IMG/VR virus record: IMGVR_UViG_3300045988_114759
From: a virus
Reading direction: 5' to 3' (one strand)
DNA: 64,000 nucleotides
Part shown: piece after piece, positions 1 through 9,522 of the stretch
Position numbering within the stretch: the first letter of the stretch is position 1
Layout: every line of letters starts with the position of its first letter
Program-made: the position numbers and the translations under genes
Notes under the pieces: model-generated
What the model saw: the letters and a program-made list of their open reading frames with translations, nothing else
What the model was told of the DNA's origin: nothing
Database searches by the model: none

Positions 1-151
1 AGACACAGACACGTTATCAGTGTACGTACATAAGTTATTGGCATAAGAGATACTGGCCCTGAAAACGTCCCGTATTTGATTTCGATCGTAAACGCCTCCA
101 GTTTTCTTCATCACATCATCTATAATATGTGACTCAAATGATATAGGGAAA

Positions 152-613
152 TTATTCTTCGGCATCAGCATCAAAAGTTTTCTTTCTGTAAAATAAAGAA
201 ACCAATGCACATTGATCCCTGGAACCTTCCAATACAAAAAGACGGCGCATGTTCTCTATATCCGGACACAAACACCTGGTCCTGTAATTCCCCTCCCTGT
301 CAATCAATATACCTCTTTTCTTCATCTCCGTATCCAAAACCGATACATATTGAAGATCGGTACTGAAACAATGAGAAAACTTCTTCTTGGTATCATAAGA
401 ATACCCAAACACAAAATAATAAGCAAGAAGATTTAAATGTCTTGCGTCTATAACATTCTTCTCATTGCCTGAAGCCATAAGATACCCGTTATAAAACAGA
501 AGTATCTTCTTAGCCATATCCACCGTGTCGGAATAAGGCACTAAAAGCCTATAGGCTCTATTACTAACATCTTTATTATCACACTCTTTCATCCGATTAT
601 AGTTTTGATACAA
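152..613 (-). CDS. hypothetical protein
   Basis: 153-aa ORF at the left edge. It is the only minus-strand ORF before the plus-strand block. No recognisable motif. Confidence 0.4.
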   Translation of the reverse strand: MYQNYNRMKECDNKDVSNRAYRLLVPYSDTVDMAKKILLFYNGYLMASGNEKNVIDARHLNLLAYYFVFGYSYDTKKKFSHCFSTDLQYVSVLDTEMKKRGILIDREGNYRTRCLCPDIENMRRLFVLEGSRDQCALVSLFYRKKTFDADAEE

Positions 614-881
614 AGATAAGGATTAAGAATTTATAAATATAAAATTAACGTATTTTATGACAACAGATTCAGGATTTATCCCGATATTTGCACTGTGGCA
701 TTAAAAAAATAAGTTTTTGTTGTTTGATTCTTGAATTTTGTTTCTACATTTGTAGCGTGTCACAGATGTAGAGACAAAATAAAACAAAATACAAGATATT
801 AAGTGTTATGTTTTGTTGATTTTTGTTCTTCATCATCTGTGACGGGGTTTTGGGGATTATCTGCAAAAAGACACAAATCGG

Positions 882-2495
882 ATGGATATCCCCAAAAATC
901 CATCCGATTTTTTTTTGTTACAGATTATGAAGTTGCAATTAGGTAGAAATATTAACATAAGTCTCAGACTTTTGGAACAGTGGTCAGATGATCCGCTATT
1001 CATGGAATTGTATGCTTTATACTGTATGATAAAAATCTCCCGCCGGGATTCGAGAATAAGATTCAAAAACCAGAAAGACCTTCTTCACAAACTTGGAATC
1101 GGGTATTCGAAGTTCAAGAACATGACAGGACATCCGATGTTCGATGAGCTATTCCGTATGACGGATAGTACGTTCGTTGCAAGAAGGTATCGTGTTAATG
1201 GCGTACAACTTACTCTCGGATGTGGGAAAGTGAATCTTCCAAAGAATAGGATTTTAATTAAGATAAAGAAAAATGAAATAACAAACCATGAAAAGGTCCT
1301 TGACAGGATAAGAGAGGCGATGTTTGTTAATTTAGTCAGAAACAATGAGTCTGTACTGAACAGTGGAGAGACAAACTCTCAGGCTGATGTCGTAGACGGA
1401 AGCCACTCGTATTATGGATTAATTGATTCGACGATAAGTAATAAAACAATTGCCTTGTACTTGAATGTAGGACTAACAAAAGCGAAAGAGCTTGTCAGTA
1501 TGGCGATACAAGACAAGCTCGTAAAAAGGTTCGAAAACGTACAATTTATAACATACGTAGATAATCCTCGTGCTTACATTGAAGCAAACGAACATAACTA
1601 CCCAATAGGTAAGCTAATTCCGGTATATAGGCATGGAGCCGTTTTCTGGCAAATAGCAAATACCTGGACCTTGTATAAAAAAGGAGCAACAAACAGATGG
1701 TATTTTGGAGAAAAGGATATAGAGAAAGAGGAGAAAGAAAAAGTAAGTAAGAAAGACGATTTCAATTTCTTCTTAAAAGACAACACTCATATCCTACGTT
1801 TCCTAAACGCAGATGAAGTTGTTTCCGAAGATGGCGAAATCCTTGGCATAGATCGTAAAAAGACAAAAGAAGAAGAAGCAAGGTCATTAGCTTCTGCTAT
1901 GGCTAAAGAAGCGCACAAAGACTTCTGGGACGGATATGAGCGAAGTACACAAAACCAGATTGTAAGAAAGTACTATCGCGCTATCATAGCAGAAGATAAG
2001 AAGCGCAGAATGGACATGTTCTTAAACCGTCTTAAACAATCATACGACAAGGTTAGTGGATGGAGTAAGGAGAAGATAGCCACAGTAAAAGCAGGCCTGG
2101 CTGATGCGGAAGCCTGCTGTGCTGAGGTAGGGACGTCCGTTGCCGGGGTCTGCGGTATGGTAAGTAGGAGAATGAAATCCTATAACAATATTGCTCCTGA
2201 CAAAAAGGCAGGTTTTAATGAGGTACGGGATATGTATGCTGAGTTCGCCGGCGAGATGGCTAAAGCGGTGGGATCGGTAAGCGAAGACATCTATACGTAT
2301 GTTAAGGCAGAACAGTTTAAGGAAAAGATAGAGAATATGGATATATCTGCCCAATCATTACCTAATATTAGTATAACAGTAGACAATGATAAAGAATTAG
2401 ATGGTGAATCTGTATTCAAGGATATACCATTTGAAGAGCTATCATTCTATAATGATACCTATCTTTATCCTATATCTCAGTATTCATCATTGTAA
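882..2495 (+). CDS. hypothetical protein (537 aa, K/E-rich)
   Basis: Long uninterrupted ORF preceded by an AT-rich promoter-like region at 640-880. No catalytic motif recognised. Confidence 0.45.
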   Translation: MDIPKNPSDFFLLQIMKLQLGRNINISLRLLEQWSDDPLFMELYALYCMIKISRRDSRIRFKNQKDLLHKLGIGYSKFKNMTGHPMFDELFRMTDSTFVARRYRVNGVQLTLGCGKVNLPKNRILIKIKKNEITNHEKVLDRIREAMFVNLVRNNESVLNSGETNSQADVVDGSHSYYGLIDSTISNKTIALYLNVGLTKAKELVSMAIQDKLVKRFENVQFITYVDNPRAYIEANEHNYPIGKLIPVYRHGAVFWQIANTWTLYKKGATNRWYFGEKDIEKEEKEKVSKKDDFNFFLKDNTHILRFLNADEVVSEDGEILGIDRKKTKEEEARSLASAMAKEAHKDFWDGYERSTQNQIVRKYYRAIIAEDKKRRMDMFLNRLKQSYDKVSGWSKEKIATVKAGLADAEACCAEVGTSVAGVCGMVSRRMKSYNNIAPDKKAGFNEVRDMYAEFAGEMAKAVGSVSEDIYTYVKAEQFKEKIENMDISAQSLPNISITVDNDKELDGESVFKDIPFEELSFYNDTYLYPISQYSSL

Positions 2496-2752
2496 TGTTT
2501 GGTACTTGAGAGAGGGTCTGTTCTTAGTAGTCGCCGACAGAGCCGAAAAACGATAATCTCGTAGAATATCGACGGAAACACCCGTTAGCCACCACTATGC
2601 CATAACCATATCTATACGAAATCATATTACTGTCTGATCTAAAACTACTTATCCAACTTATTATTTCTTTTTAATCCTAATTAATTCATTTTATATTTTA
2701 GGTTTTATTTTATTTTCATACTTTTGTTTTGTAGAACAAAATCAGAAAAAAG

Positions 2753-5236
2753 ATGGCTATAAGTTACGACAAAAAAATCATGGAGTGCGTTCTTCGTTCA
2801 GTTATGTCCGAAGGTAATGTCGCACAAGGAAAGGCTATTAAGTCTATTTGTAAGTCACCAAAACCGCTGTTTATAACCGGTAAAGGAGGAAGTGGAAAAG
2901 CACAGCCTTTGTATGCTAAAATTTTAACGCCAGATGGTTTTAAGAATATGGGGGATATAAAGGTTGGTGATAAAGTTATGGGCGCAGATGGTAAACAACA
3001 GACTGTATTGGGTGTGTATCCACAGGGAATTAGACCTGTATATAAGGTAACTATGAATGATGGTTATTTTACATATTGCGATGAAGAGCATTTGTGGTCA
3101 TATAGATTATCCAGTCATTATGGTAAAACTCCATTTTCGAGATGCAGTACACTAAAAGAAATTATAAGTACAGGTATCAGGAAGAATGTTAAAATAAAAA
3201 ATGGTGAAAAACAGCCGTTAAGATATGAAATTCCAGTGTGCCGACCTATAGAATATGAAGAAAAGAAATTTTCTATACATCCGTATGTATTGGGAGTTTT
3301 TATAGGTGATGGGAGTTTAAATGGTAATATGGCTATTTTTTCTTGTTCTGATTCTGATGTAGAAATAAGAAATAGAGTAGAGTCATTTCTTGGAGAAGAT
3401 TTTCTATTGAGTAAAAAAAAGGAACATCCAGCCATCACATGTCCTCAATACAGTGTGATTCAAAAAAATCATACAAAAGGTGGTGGGTTTATAAATAGGA
3501 TAAAGGATTTAGGACTAAATGTTACGTCTGGGTATAAATTTATACCAGAAGAATATAAACTTGGCAGTATCGATCAGAGAATGCATTTGTTAAATGGTTT
3601 AATGGACACCGATGGAACATGCTCGAAAGAAAGAAATAGATTGACGTATTCTACTACAAGCAAGAGATTGGCTGAAGACATTGTTGATCTTGTACAGTCG
3701 TTAGGTGGAATAGCTAAGATAAATACGCTTTTTAGACCTGATAAGAAATACGTGTATGAATATACCGTAAGAATAAAAATGTACGATAATGCATTTACAT
3801 TAAAAAGAAAAAAAGAAAGATATGTTCCTAATCCGGCAAGAGTTTCAAGGTATATAGAAAGCGTGGAAAAGGTAGATGATTCTGAATGCGTATGTATAAA
3901 AGTATCAAATAAAGACGAGTTGTATATAACAGATAATTATATTGTAACTCATAATACTACTTTCCTTAAGCGTATTATACCGGCATTAAAAAATGCGGTT
4001 GTTGTAGCTCCTACAGGTGTTGCTGCTGTTAATGCAGGTGGTCAAACCATTCATTCATTTTTTAGAATAGGAATGCAGCCGTATATACCTGAAATACGAA
4101 AAGGCGCGTTTATGGATAATTGCGAATATAAATTCAACGGAGGTTCGGAAAAGATTTTACAGAATATAAAGTATCTTATCATAGACGAGATTTCTATGGT
4201 TCGCCCTGATCTTCTTGACAACGTAGCTGATATACTTCGTCATGCAAGAGGAGACAAGGACCCGTTTGGCGGCGTGAAACTTATTATGGTAGGTGATTTA
4301 TTTCAACTTCCGCCAGTAATTAAGGAGGATTTTTTTAGAGAAATATACGATACATCTTACTTCTTTAGCTCCAAGTCTCTAATGGCTTCTGGTATGGAAA
4401 TGGTTTCTTTTGAAAAAATATACCGTCAGAAAGATGAGAAGTTTATTAGTGTCCTTAATAAGGTGCGTGAAGGGCAGATGGATGATGATGTATTTGATAC
4501 AATAAACAGCAGATGTATTCAGTCTGATAATAATCAAGGATATGTTGAGATTGTAACTACCAACTCAAAAGCTACGGCTATTAACGAAATGAGAATATCA
4601 TCGTTACCAGGCTCTTTAAGAAAATTAGAAGCTGTTATAAACGGTGATTATCCTAAAGATGCTCCGGTTGAAAAAACTCTTTTCTTGAAAGAAGGATCAA
4701 GAGTTATGATAACAAGAAACGGAGGAGAGTACTTCAATGGCTCTCTTGGTACTGTATTGTCTATAAAAAGGGGGGAGATTGAAGTAGTCCTTGATAAACC
4801 GAAAGATGATGAGCATACTAAGGTTGTTATAACACCATGTTCGTTTGAGAAAGTAAAATACGTAAGAAACGGATATAAGATAGAATCTGAAGTAGTAGGA
4901 GCTATTATTCAGTATCCTATAAAAATAGGTTATTCTATCACGATTCATAAAGCCCAAGGCCTGACATTGGATGCGGCTATGATGGACGTATCTAATTCTT
5001 TTGAAACAGGACAGCTATATACGGCTCTTTCAAGAGTAAAGTCTCTTGATGGATTATATCTTCGTCAACCTATTCCTAAGACGGTAAAAACCAGCGATCA
5101 GGTGGTGATAAACTTCTATAAAAGGACTCTTGGTAATGGAGGTATTGTGAAACCGGTTCCAATGGAAGAGCTTGAAAAGTCAATGATTAATTTGTCAACC
5201 GGATCTGAAATAGATTTTGCAGAGTTTAATTTATAA
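2753..5236 (+). CDS. Pif1/RecD/Dda-like SF1 DNA helicase precursor, interrupted by an intein
   Basis: The Walker A motif GKGGSGK|T is split by a 352-aa insertion. After the insertion come the motifs APTGVAAVNAGGQTIHSFF, LIIDEISMV (Walker B), MVGDLFQLPPV and SITIHKAQGLTLD, which are typical of Pif1/RecD (AAA_30 + UvrD_C_2). The spliced product would be about 475 aa. Confidence 0.8.
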   Translation: MAISYDKKIMECVLRSVMSEGNVAQGKAIKSICKSPKPLFITGKGGSGKAQPLYAKILTPDGFKNMGDIKVGDKVMGADGKQQTVLGVYPQGIRPVYKVTMNDGYFTYCDEEHLWSYRLSSHYGKTPFSRCSTLKEIISTGIRKNVKIKNGEKQPLRYEIPVCRPIEYEEKKFSIHPYVLGVFIGDGSLNGNMAIFSCSDSDVEIRNRVESFLGEDFLLSKKKEHPAITCPQYSVIQKNHTKGGGFINRIKDLGLNVTSGYKFIPEEYKLGSIDQRMHLLNGLMDTDGTCSKERNRLTYSTTSKRLAEDIVDLVQSLGGIAKINTLFRPDKKYVYEYTVRIKMYDNAFTLKRKKERYVPNPARVSRYIESVEKVDDSECVCIKVSNKDELYITDNYIVTHNTTFLKRIIPALKNAVVVAPTGVAAVNAGGQTIHSFFRIGMQPYIPEIRKGAFMDNCEYKFNGGSEKILQNIKYLIIDEISMVRPDLLDNVADILRHARGDKDPFGGVKLIMVGDLFQLPPVIKEDFFREIYDTSYFFSSKSLMASGMEMVSFEKIYRQKDEKFISVLNKVREGQMDDDVFDTINSRCIQSDNNQGYVEIVTTNSKATAINEMRISSLPGSLRKLEAVINGDYPKDAPVEKTLFLKEGSRVMITRNGGEYFNGSLGTVLSIKRGEIEVVLDKPKDDEHTKVVITPCSFEKVKYVRNGYKIESEVVGAIIQYPIKIGYSITIHKAQGLTLDAAMMDVSNSFETGQLYTALSRVKSLDGLYLRQPIPKTVKTSDQVVINFYKRTLGNGGIVKPVPMEELEKSMINLSTGSEIDFAEFNL
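2900..3955 (+). mobile_element. intein carrying a LAGLIDADG homing endonuclease, inserted in the helicase P-loop
   Basis: The insertion starts with Ala right after GKGGSGK and ends with ...IVTHN, followed by Thr (+1). Removing it restores the GSGKT Walker A motif. It contains two LAGLIDADG blocks (LGVFIGDGSL and LLNGLMDTDGTC). A Hint-like N-terminal region reads KILTPDGFKNMGDIKVGDKV. Confidence 0.75.
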
Positions 5237-5247
5237 AAAATATAGTT

Positions 5248-5559
5248 ATGAAATTTGGAGAAGCTTTAGAAGAAGTAAAAAAAGGTGCGTTGATTGCACG
5301 TGCCGGATGGAATGGTAAAGGTATGTTCGTATTCCAGCGCCCGGAAGATTGGTTGTCCACTGATATGATAGTTAATAAAGTAAAGTCATTGCCGGATTCG
5401 TTAAAAAAATACGTAAACGATTATTATGACGTAACTGAAACCAACATGATTAAATTTTGCGCTTATCTGTGCATGAAAGATGCTAACGATAATATCGTAA
5501 ACGGATGGTTAGCTTCGCAATCAGATATGTTGGCTGATGATTGGATGGTTGTTGGTTAA
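5248..5559 (+). CDS. hypothetical protein
   Basis: 103-aa ORF starting 12 nt after the helicase stop. No motif. Confidence 0.4.
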   Translation: MKFGEALEEVKKGALIARAGWNGKGMFVFQRPEDWLSTDMIVNKVKSLPDSLKKYVNDYYDVTETNMIKFCAYLCMKDANDNIVNGWLASQSDMLADDWMVVG

Positions 5560-5629
5560 GATAACTTAGTTTATCACCGCTTTATTTTTTTATAAATCAA
5601 TTAATTATTCACTTTTAAAAATTACAGTT

Positions 5630-5830
5630 ATGAAAACAAAAGAAGAAAAACAAAAGAAGTTTGTGACAGAATTTGATATAAATGGAGAAAAGTATGGTGG
5701 ATATATTTATGCTACAACTTTTTCCGAAGCTGAAGATTTTGTTAGACAAAGAAAAGCAACAGAGAAAGTTGTAGGTGGTCCGTGTTTAGAACAAGAAGAA
5801 ATTAATCGTCTTTATAACCATTCCTCTTAG
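5630..5830 (+). CDS. small protein, member of a duplicated gene family (paralog at 54471-54635)
   Basis: 66-aa ORF. The first ~45 aa (MKTKEEKQKKF.TEF.ING.KY.G.I.AT...EAEDFV.Q..ATE.VVG) and ~60 nt upstream are near-identical to the copy at 54.4 kb. Confidence 0.5.
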   Translation: MKTKEEKQKKFVTEFDINGEKYGGYIYATTFSEAEDFVRQRKATEKVVGGPCLEQEEINRLYNHSS

Positions 5831-5905
5831 AATTTTCAATAATCCTTGTTTGTTGGCATAACCTTGAGATGGTGATACTATAGTATATAAGTACCTAATA
5901 AGAAT

Positions 5906-6778
5906 ATGGCAAGAGTAGATAAAATATTTCAAGACAATTTGGCTCTTATAATGAGCCAGCCGCGGGAAGAGGTAAAGCGACCGGTCTACGGTGACGGGAC
6001 AGGCGTCAAGGTGAGGCGTATCCTGCAAGTATGCAACCAGTACGATCTTCGTCGGGAATTTCCTCTTGGTTCGCTGAGACCTACTAATTTATGGAAGGCT
6101 ATAGATGAGGTGATCTGGATATGGAGAAAGAGAAGTACTGATTTAAAAGATCTTCATTCTCATATCTGGGATCAGTGGGCTGATGATAATGGAAAGATAG
6201 AAGGATGTTATGGAGATATGGTGAACAGACATGTTTATATGGATACCGGTAAAGCTCCAGAGGGTATGATAGACATCCATGATGGTCTTTACGGTTTTCT
6301 TAACCAAACAGACTTCATTCTTTGGTCACTCAAGAATGATCGTTCATCAAGAAGAATAGTAGCATCCATGTTCGATCCTGAAACCAATGGACTAAAACCT
6401 CTTCAAGAATGTGCGTTTCAGATTAATTTATCTGTTAAAGGAGATGAGCTGTATATGACGCTTTATCAGCGCAGCCAGGATGCTATTGTTGCCGGTCTAT
6501 GGAACGTAGCACAGTACGCGGCGTTGATGATGATGTTTGCTCACGACGCAGGCCTGAAGCCGGCTATTTTTACGCACTTCATTCAAGATATGCACGTATA
6601 TGACCGGCACGAAGAGCAGGCAAACGAACTCCTTTGTCGATCCCCCTTCGGCCCGGTTCCGCAGGTTACTATCTCGTCTCGTATGGAAGGGAAAGGATTT
6701 TATGATTTTGTAGCTGATGATTTTGAGGTATGGAATTATGAACCGAAGGAGCAAATCAAATTCGAAGTAGCAAAATGA
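5906..6778 (+). CDS. thymidylate synthase family protein (ThyA / dUMP hydroxymethylase-like) with divergent active-site motif
   Basis: Aligns with ThyA along its length: IWDQWADDNG matches IWDEWADENG, SRRIVASMFDPE matches SRRIIVSAWNP, LYQRSQD matches LYQRSCD, and WNVAQYAAL matches FNIASYALL. The Asn of the uracil-specificity position is retained. The catalytic Cys is present, but in an E-C-A context instead of the canonical P-C-H. Confidence 0.8.
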   Translation: MARVDKIFQDNLALIMSQPREEVKRPVYGDGTGVKVRRILQVCNQYDLRREFPLGSLRPTNLWKAIDEVIWIWRKRSTDLKDLHSHIWDQWADDNGKIEGCYGDMVNRHVYMDTGKAPEGMIDIHDGLYGFLNQTDFILWSLKNDRSSRRIVASMFDPETNGLKPLQECAFQINLSVKGDELYMTLYQRSQDAIVAGLWNVAQYAALMMMFAHDAGLKPAIFTHFIQDMHVYDRHEEQANELLCRSPFGPVPQVTISSRMEGKGFYDFVADDFEVWNYEPKEQIKFEVAK

Positions 6779-7077
6779 AAATAAGCATAGACAGAAGAGC
6801 CAAAATGATTCCTATTATGGAAATCAGTTCCGGCGATGAAGTTAATATCGGAGGTTTTGATTATGTTGTTGAAAATATACTTCCATGTAGGAAAGGATCT
6901 TATTCAGATGCGTATGGAATTAGGTTGGTCATGTCTTCTTACAAGCATGGCCAACTTGTAAGGAAAGTAGATAGTGTTTTTTCTATCGATTCTATTTTAG
7001 TATTTCTCCCTAAAGGAGATTCTGTTGTAGTAGAGTGCTCTTATAGAGAACTGGAAGAATGTTTCCCTAAAATATAA
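6775..7077 (+). CDS. hypothetical protein
   Basis: 100-aa ORF. Its start overlaps the upstream stop (ATGA). Confidence 0.4.
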   Translation: MKISIDRRAKMIPIMEISSGDEVNIGGFDYVVENILPCRKGSYSDAYGIRLVMSSYKHGQLVRKVDSVFSIDSILVFLPKGDSVVVECSYRELEECFPKI

Positions 7078-7082
7078 TTACA

Positions 7083-7331
7083 ATGACAGGCGAAGAAAAA
7101 TGCAACCGATGTGAGCAGTTTAGACCGAACGGTCTCACTGACTATCCATGTAAAAGGATTCCATCAAGGAACTGTCCTTGGTTTATAAAAATATCGGATA
7201 AGAAATACAAAAAGATTCTTGCCGATAGGGTGAAAAGAATTAAGGAGAATGAGAAACTTAAGCAGGAGATGATGAAAGATCAGGATCTTGTTGAAGAAGT
7301 AAAACAAAACACAAAAAGACTAATGCAATGA
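7083..7331 (+). CDS. hypothetical protein with a Cys cluster
   Basis: 82 aa. The N-terminus reads CNRCEQ...CKRIPSRNCPWF (4 Cys). The C-terminus is a charged helix. Confidence 0.35.
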   Translation: MTGEEKCNRCEQFRPNGLTDYPCKRIPSRNCPWFIKISDKKYKKILADRVKRIKENEKLKQEMMKDQDLVEEVKQNTKRLMQ

Positions 7332-7762
7332 AAAAGGAAAATATAAAACCAGAAGAAGTGGAAGTCGTTATTCCTAAAGAAGTAGAAGCTATTAATATAT
7401 GTGGAGATATCGATAGTTTTATAAAACACATTATATATATCAGCTTGGATAAGGTAAGTAGTGATAGGGCGTTTGTCAATAACGATATTCTGTATATGGT
7501 TACATACGCATCTATAAAAGGTAAAAATATACCCGTTGGTGTATTAGCAAAACAAAAGGAAGCTAAATCAGAAGATATCGCTATGCCGTTTGAGGATATT
7601 GGAAGGGACGTAAATGTCGTGTATCCCATTGAAATAGGAAAGATGTTTAAAGGTTTTTACATTCTTAGTAACGGCTCTGTAGCTATTGATTACAAACTTA
7701 CGGACAATGGAGGTTTTGACGATGATGACAGCATTGGCAAAATTGACATGAATTTAAATTAG
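7328..7762 (+). CDS. hypothetical protein
   Basis: 144 aa with an ATGA overlap to the upstream gene and an acidic C-terminus. Confidence 0.4.
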   Translation: MKKENIKPEEVEVVIPKEVEAINICGDIDSFIKHIIYISLDKVSSDRAFVNNDILYMVTYASIKGKNIPVGVLAKQKEAKSEDIAMPFEDIGRDVNVVYPIEIGKMFKGFYILSNGSVAIDYKLTDNGGFDDDDSIGKIDMNLN

Positions 7763-7769
7763 TGTAGGC

Positions 7770-8303
7770 ATGGTATTATATATAGCAGCAGATCCGGGAA
7801 AAGATGGAGCTATAGCTTGCATAGATCAAGACAGCAAACTAATATCTAGAATCTCAATTCCAAGAATAGCAAATTCAGGACCGGTAGACTTGACTAAAGA
7901 ATATATTTTTTGCCGGGATACGATCGTAGAAAACAATCCTGATAGGGTAGTGTTTGTCATAGAGGACGTCCACGCCCTGTACGGGGTCAGCACGTCCTCT
8001 ACAGCTTCTCTCATGGAGAACAAAGGCCAACTGCATGGGCTGTTCCTATCCCTCTGTATGGCATTTCCGGACATAAGTTGCTCCGTTAATTTCATAGCCC
8101 CTAAAACATGGCAGAAATTAGTTTGGACGCATTCTGATAAGGTTATGGAAGCCAGTAAGGTAAATACTAAGAAAACGTCATTAGCTTGCGCTAAAAGGCT
8201 TTGGCCAAACGATACGTTTGTTAAAAATGAAAGATGTAAGACCGCTCATGACGGTATAGTTGACGCAATGCTGATAGCAGAAGCAGCAAGAAGAAGTATT
8301 TAA
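7770..8303 (+). CDS. RuvC-like Holliday junction resolvase
   Basis: IAADPGKDGAIACID resembles the RuvC N-terminus (catalytic Asp). VFVIEDV supplies a Glu. The C-terminal HDGIVDAMLIAEAA matches the RuvC DAADALAIA motif. Confidence 0.7.
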   Translation: MVLYIAADPGKDGAIACIDQDSKLISRISIPRIANSGPVDLTKEYIFCRDTIVENNPDRVVFVIEDVHALYGVSTSSTASLMENKGQLHGLFLSLCMAFPDISCSVNFIAPKTWQKLVWTHSDKVMEASKVNTKKTSLACAKRLWPNDTFVKNERCKTAHDGIVDAMLIAEAARRSI

Positions 8304-8400
8304 TCTATTTTAAATCATTTTAAATCCAATTAATTCAAAATTAGATTTTAAAATAATACATTTGCAGTGTTAGATAGTCATAATCGTAAGTTTTAAAAAA

Positions 8401-9510
8401 ATGAAAGTAAGAGTTCCTGGCATACTAATGAATGAGAAACTTTCAAGCATTTCAAAGATGTTTGATAAGGTCTTAAAGGATTGTGTCACATCGAATATAA
8501 AAATTACTTTATATTTTGATCATATCCGGATACAAGCCATGAACGAACGTATAACATATACGGATGATATTTTCGATGTGAATACTGATATTTCTTGTGA
8601 CCATAAGTTTTCTCTTTTAGTAGATGCCGGGACTCTTATTTCGTTTTTTAAAAATCATAACCAGGATATAGAGATAGAGATTAAAAACGATTACAGTATC
8701 GTTTTTAAATACGATAGAGGATCTTTTTCTTCTACTTGGATTGAGGATAAGGCTTTCCCTGATTTCTTTTATCCTGTAGGTGATGGTATTCGTGTTATGA
8801 GCTCGTCTTTCATTCAGTCTATGAAAAGATCTTTTGCGTTTGTTGGATCGGATGAATTTAGACCGGCTATATGCTCGATTCTTCTTAATGTGAAGAAGGA
8901 CTATATTGACATTGTTTCTACTGATATGTTCCGTCTGTTTATAAACAGGAAAGAGTATGCTAATGCAGTAGAAGAAAGGTCGATTATGCTAAGCGAGGTC
9001 GCGGCTTCCATCTTATACCGCTTTCTATCTGATAAGGATACGGAGATCAGTATTTCCACAGATGGTGTTAGGACGTTCTTATGCTTTGATAATGTAATTA
9101 TATCGGATATGAACGTAGAACAACAGTATCCTAACTACGAATACGTATGTAATAAATTCGAAAAATCTTCGAGTGTTAAGTTCGACAGGGATTTGCTTAT
9201 ATCGGTTCTTAATTCCATGACTTTAGTGGATAATGTTGTCAATGTTAAGGTAGATAAAGAAAACGGCATAACAGTAATGTCTGAGGATTTTGGAAATAGA
9301 AAAAAGATAATGGAATCAATGCCTTTGAATGCGCTTGAAGGCCCGTGTTTTAATTTTTCTATCGGTAAGGAAAATATACTTTCATCCGTAAAATCTCTTA
9401 TAAAAGGAGATACTGTTATGGATTGGTCTGATCAGTATAAGATGATAAAGATGTTCAATCCTAAATACGAATCAACATACGTCTTAAATCAAACATTGTA
9501 TAATCTATAA
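8401..9510 (+). CDS. DNA polymerase sliding clamp (beta-clamp/DnaN-like)
   Basis: Its 369 aa is close to the 366 aa of DnaN. Three DnaN-like segments are visible: WIEDKAFPDFF vs LPAADFPNLDDW, FRPAICSILLNVKKDYIDIVSTDMFRLF vs VRYYLNGMLFE...TDGHRLA, and QYPNYEYV vs RFPDYRRVLP. A TAcaTTTG -7 box lies upstream. Confidence 0.6.
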   Translation: MKVRVPGILMNEKLSSISKMFDKVLKDCVTSNIKITLYFDHIRIQAMNERITYTDDIFDVNTDISCDHKFSLLVDAGTLISFFKNHNQDIEIEIKNDYSIVFKYDRGSFSSTWIEDKAFPDFFYPVGDGIRVMSSSFIQSMKRSFAFVGSDEFRPAICSILLNVKKDYIDIVSTDMFRLFINRKEYANAVEERSIMLSEVAASILYRFLSDKDTEISISTDGVRTFLCFDNVIISDMNVEQQYPNYEYVCNKFEKSSSVKFDRDLLISVLNSMTLVDNVVNVKVDKENGITVMSEDFGNRKKIMESMPLNALEGPCFNFSIGKENILSSVKSLIKGDTVMDWSDQYKMIKMFNPKYESTYVLNQTLYNL

Positions 9511-9522
9511 AAAAACAATAAT

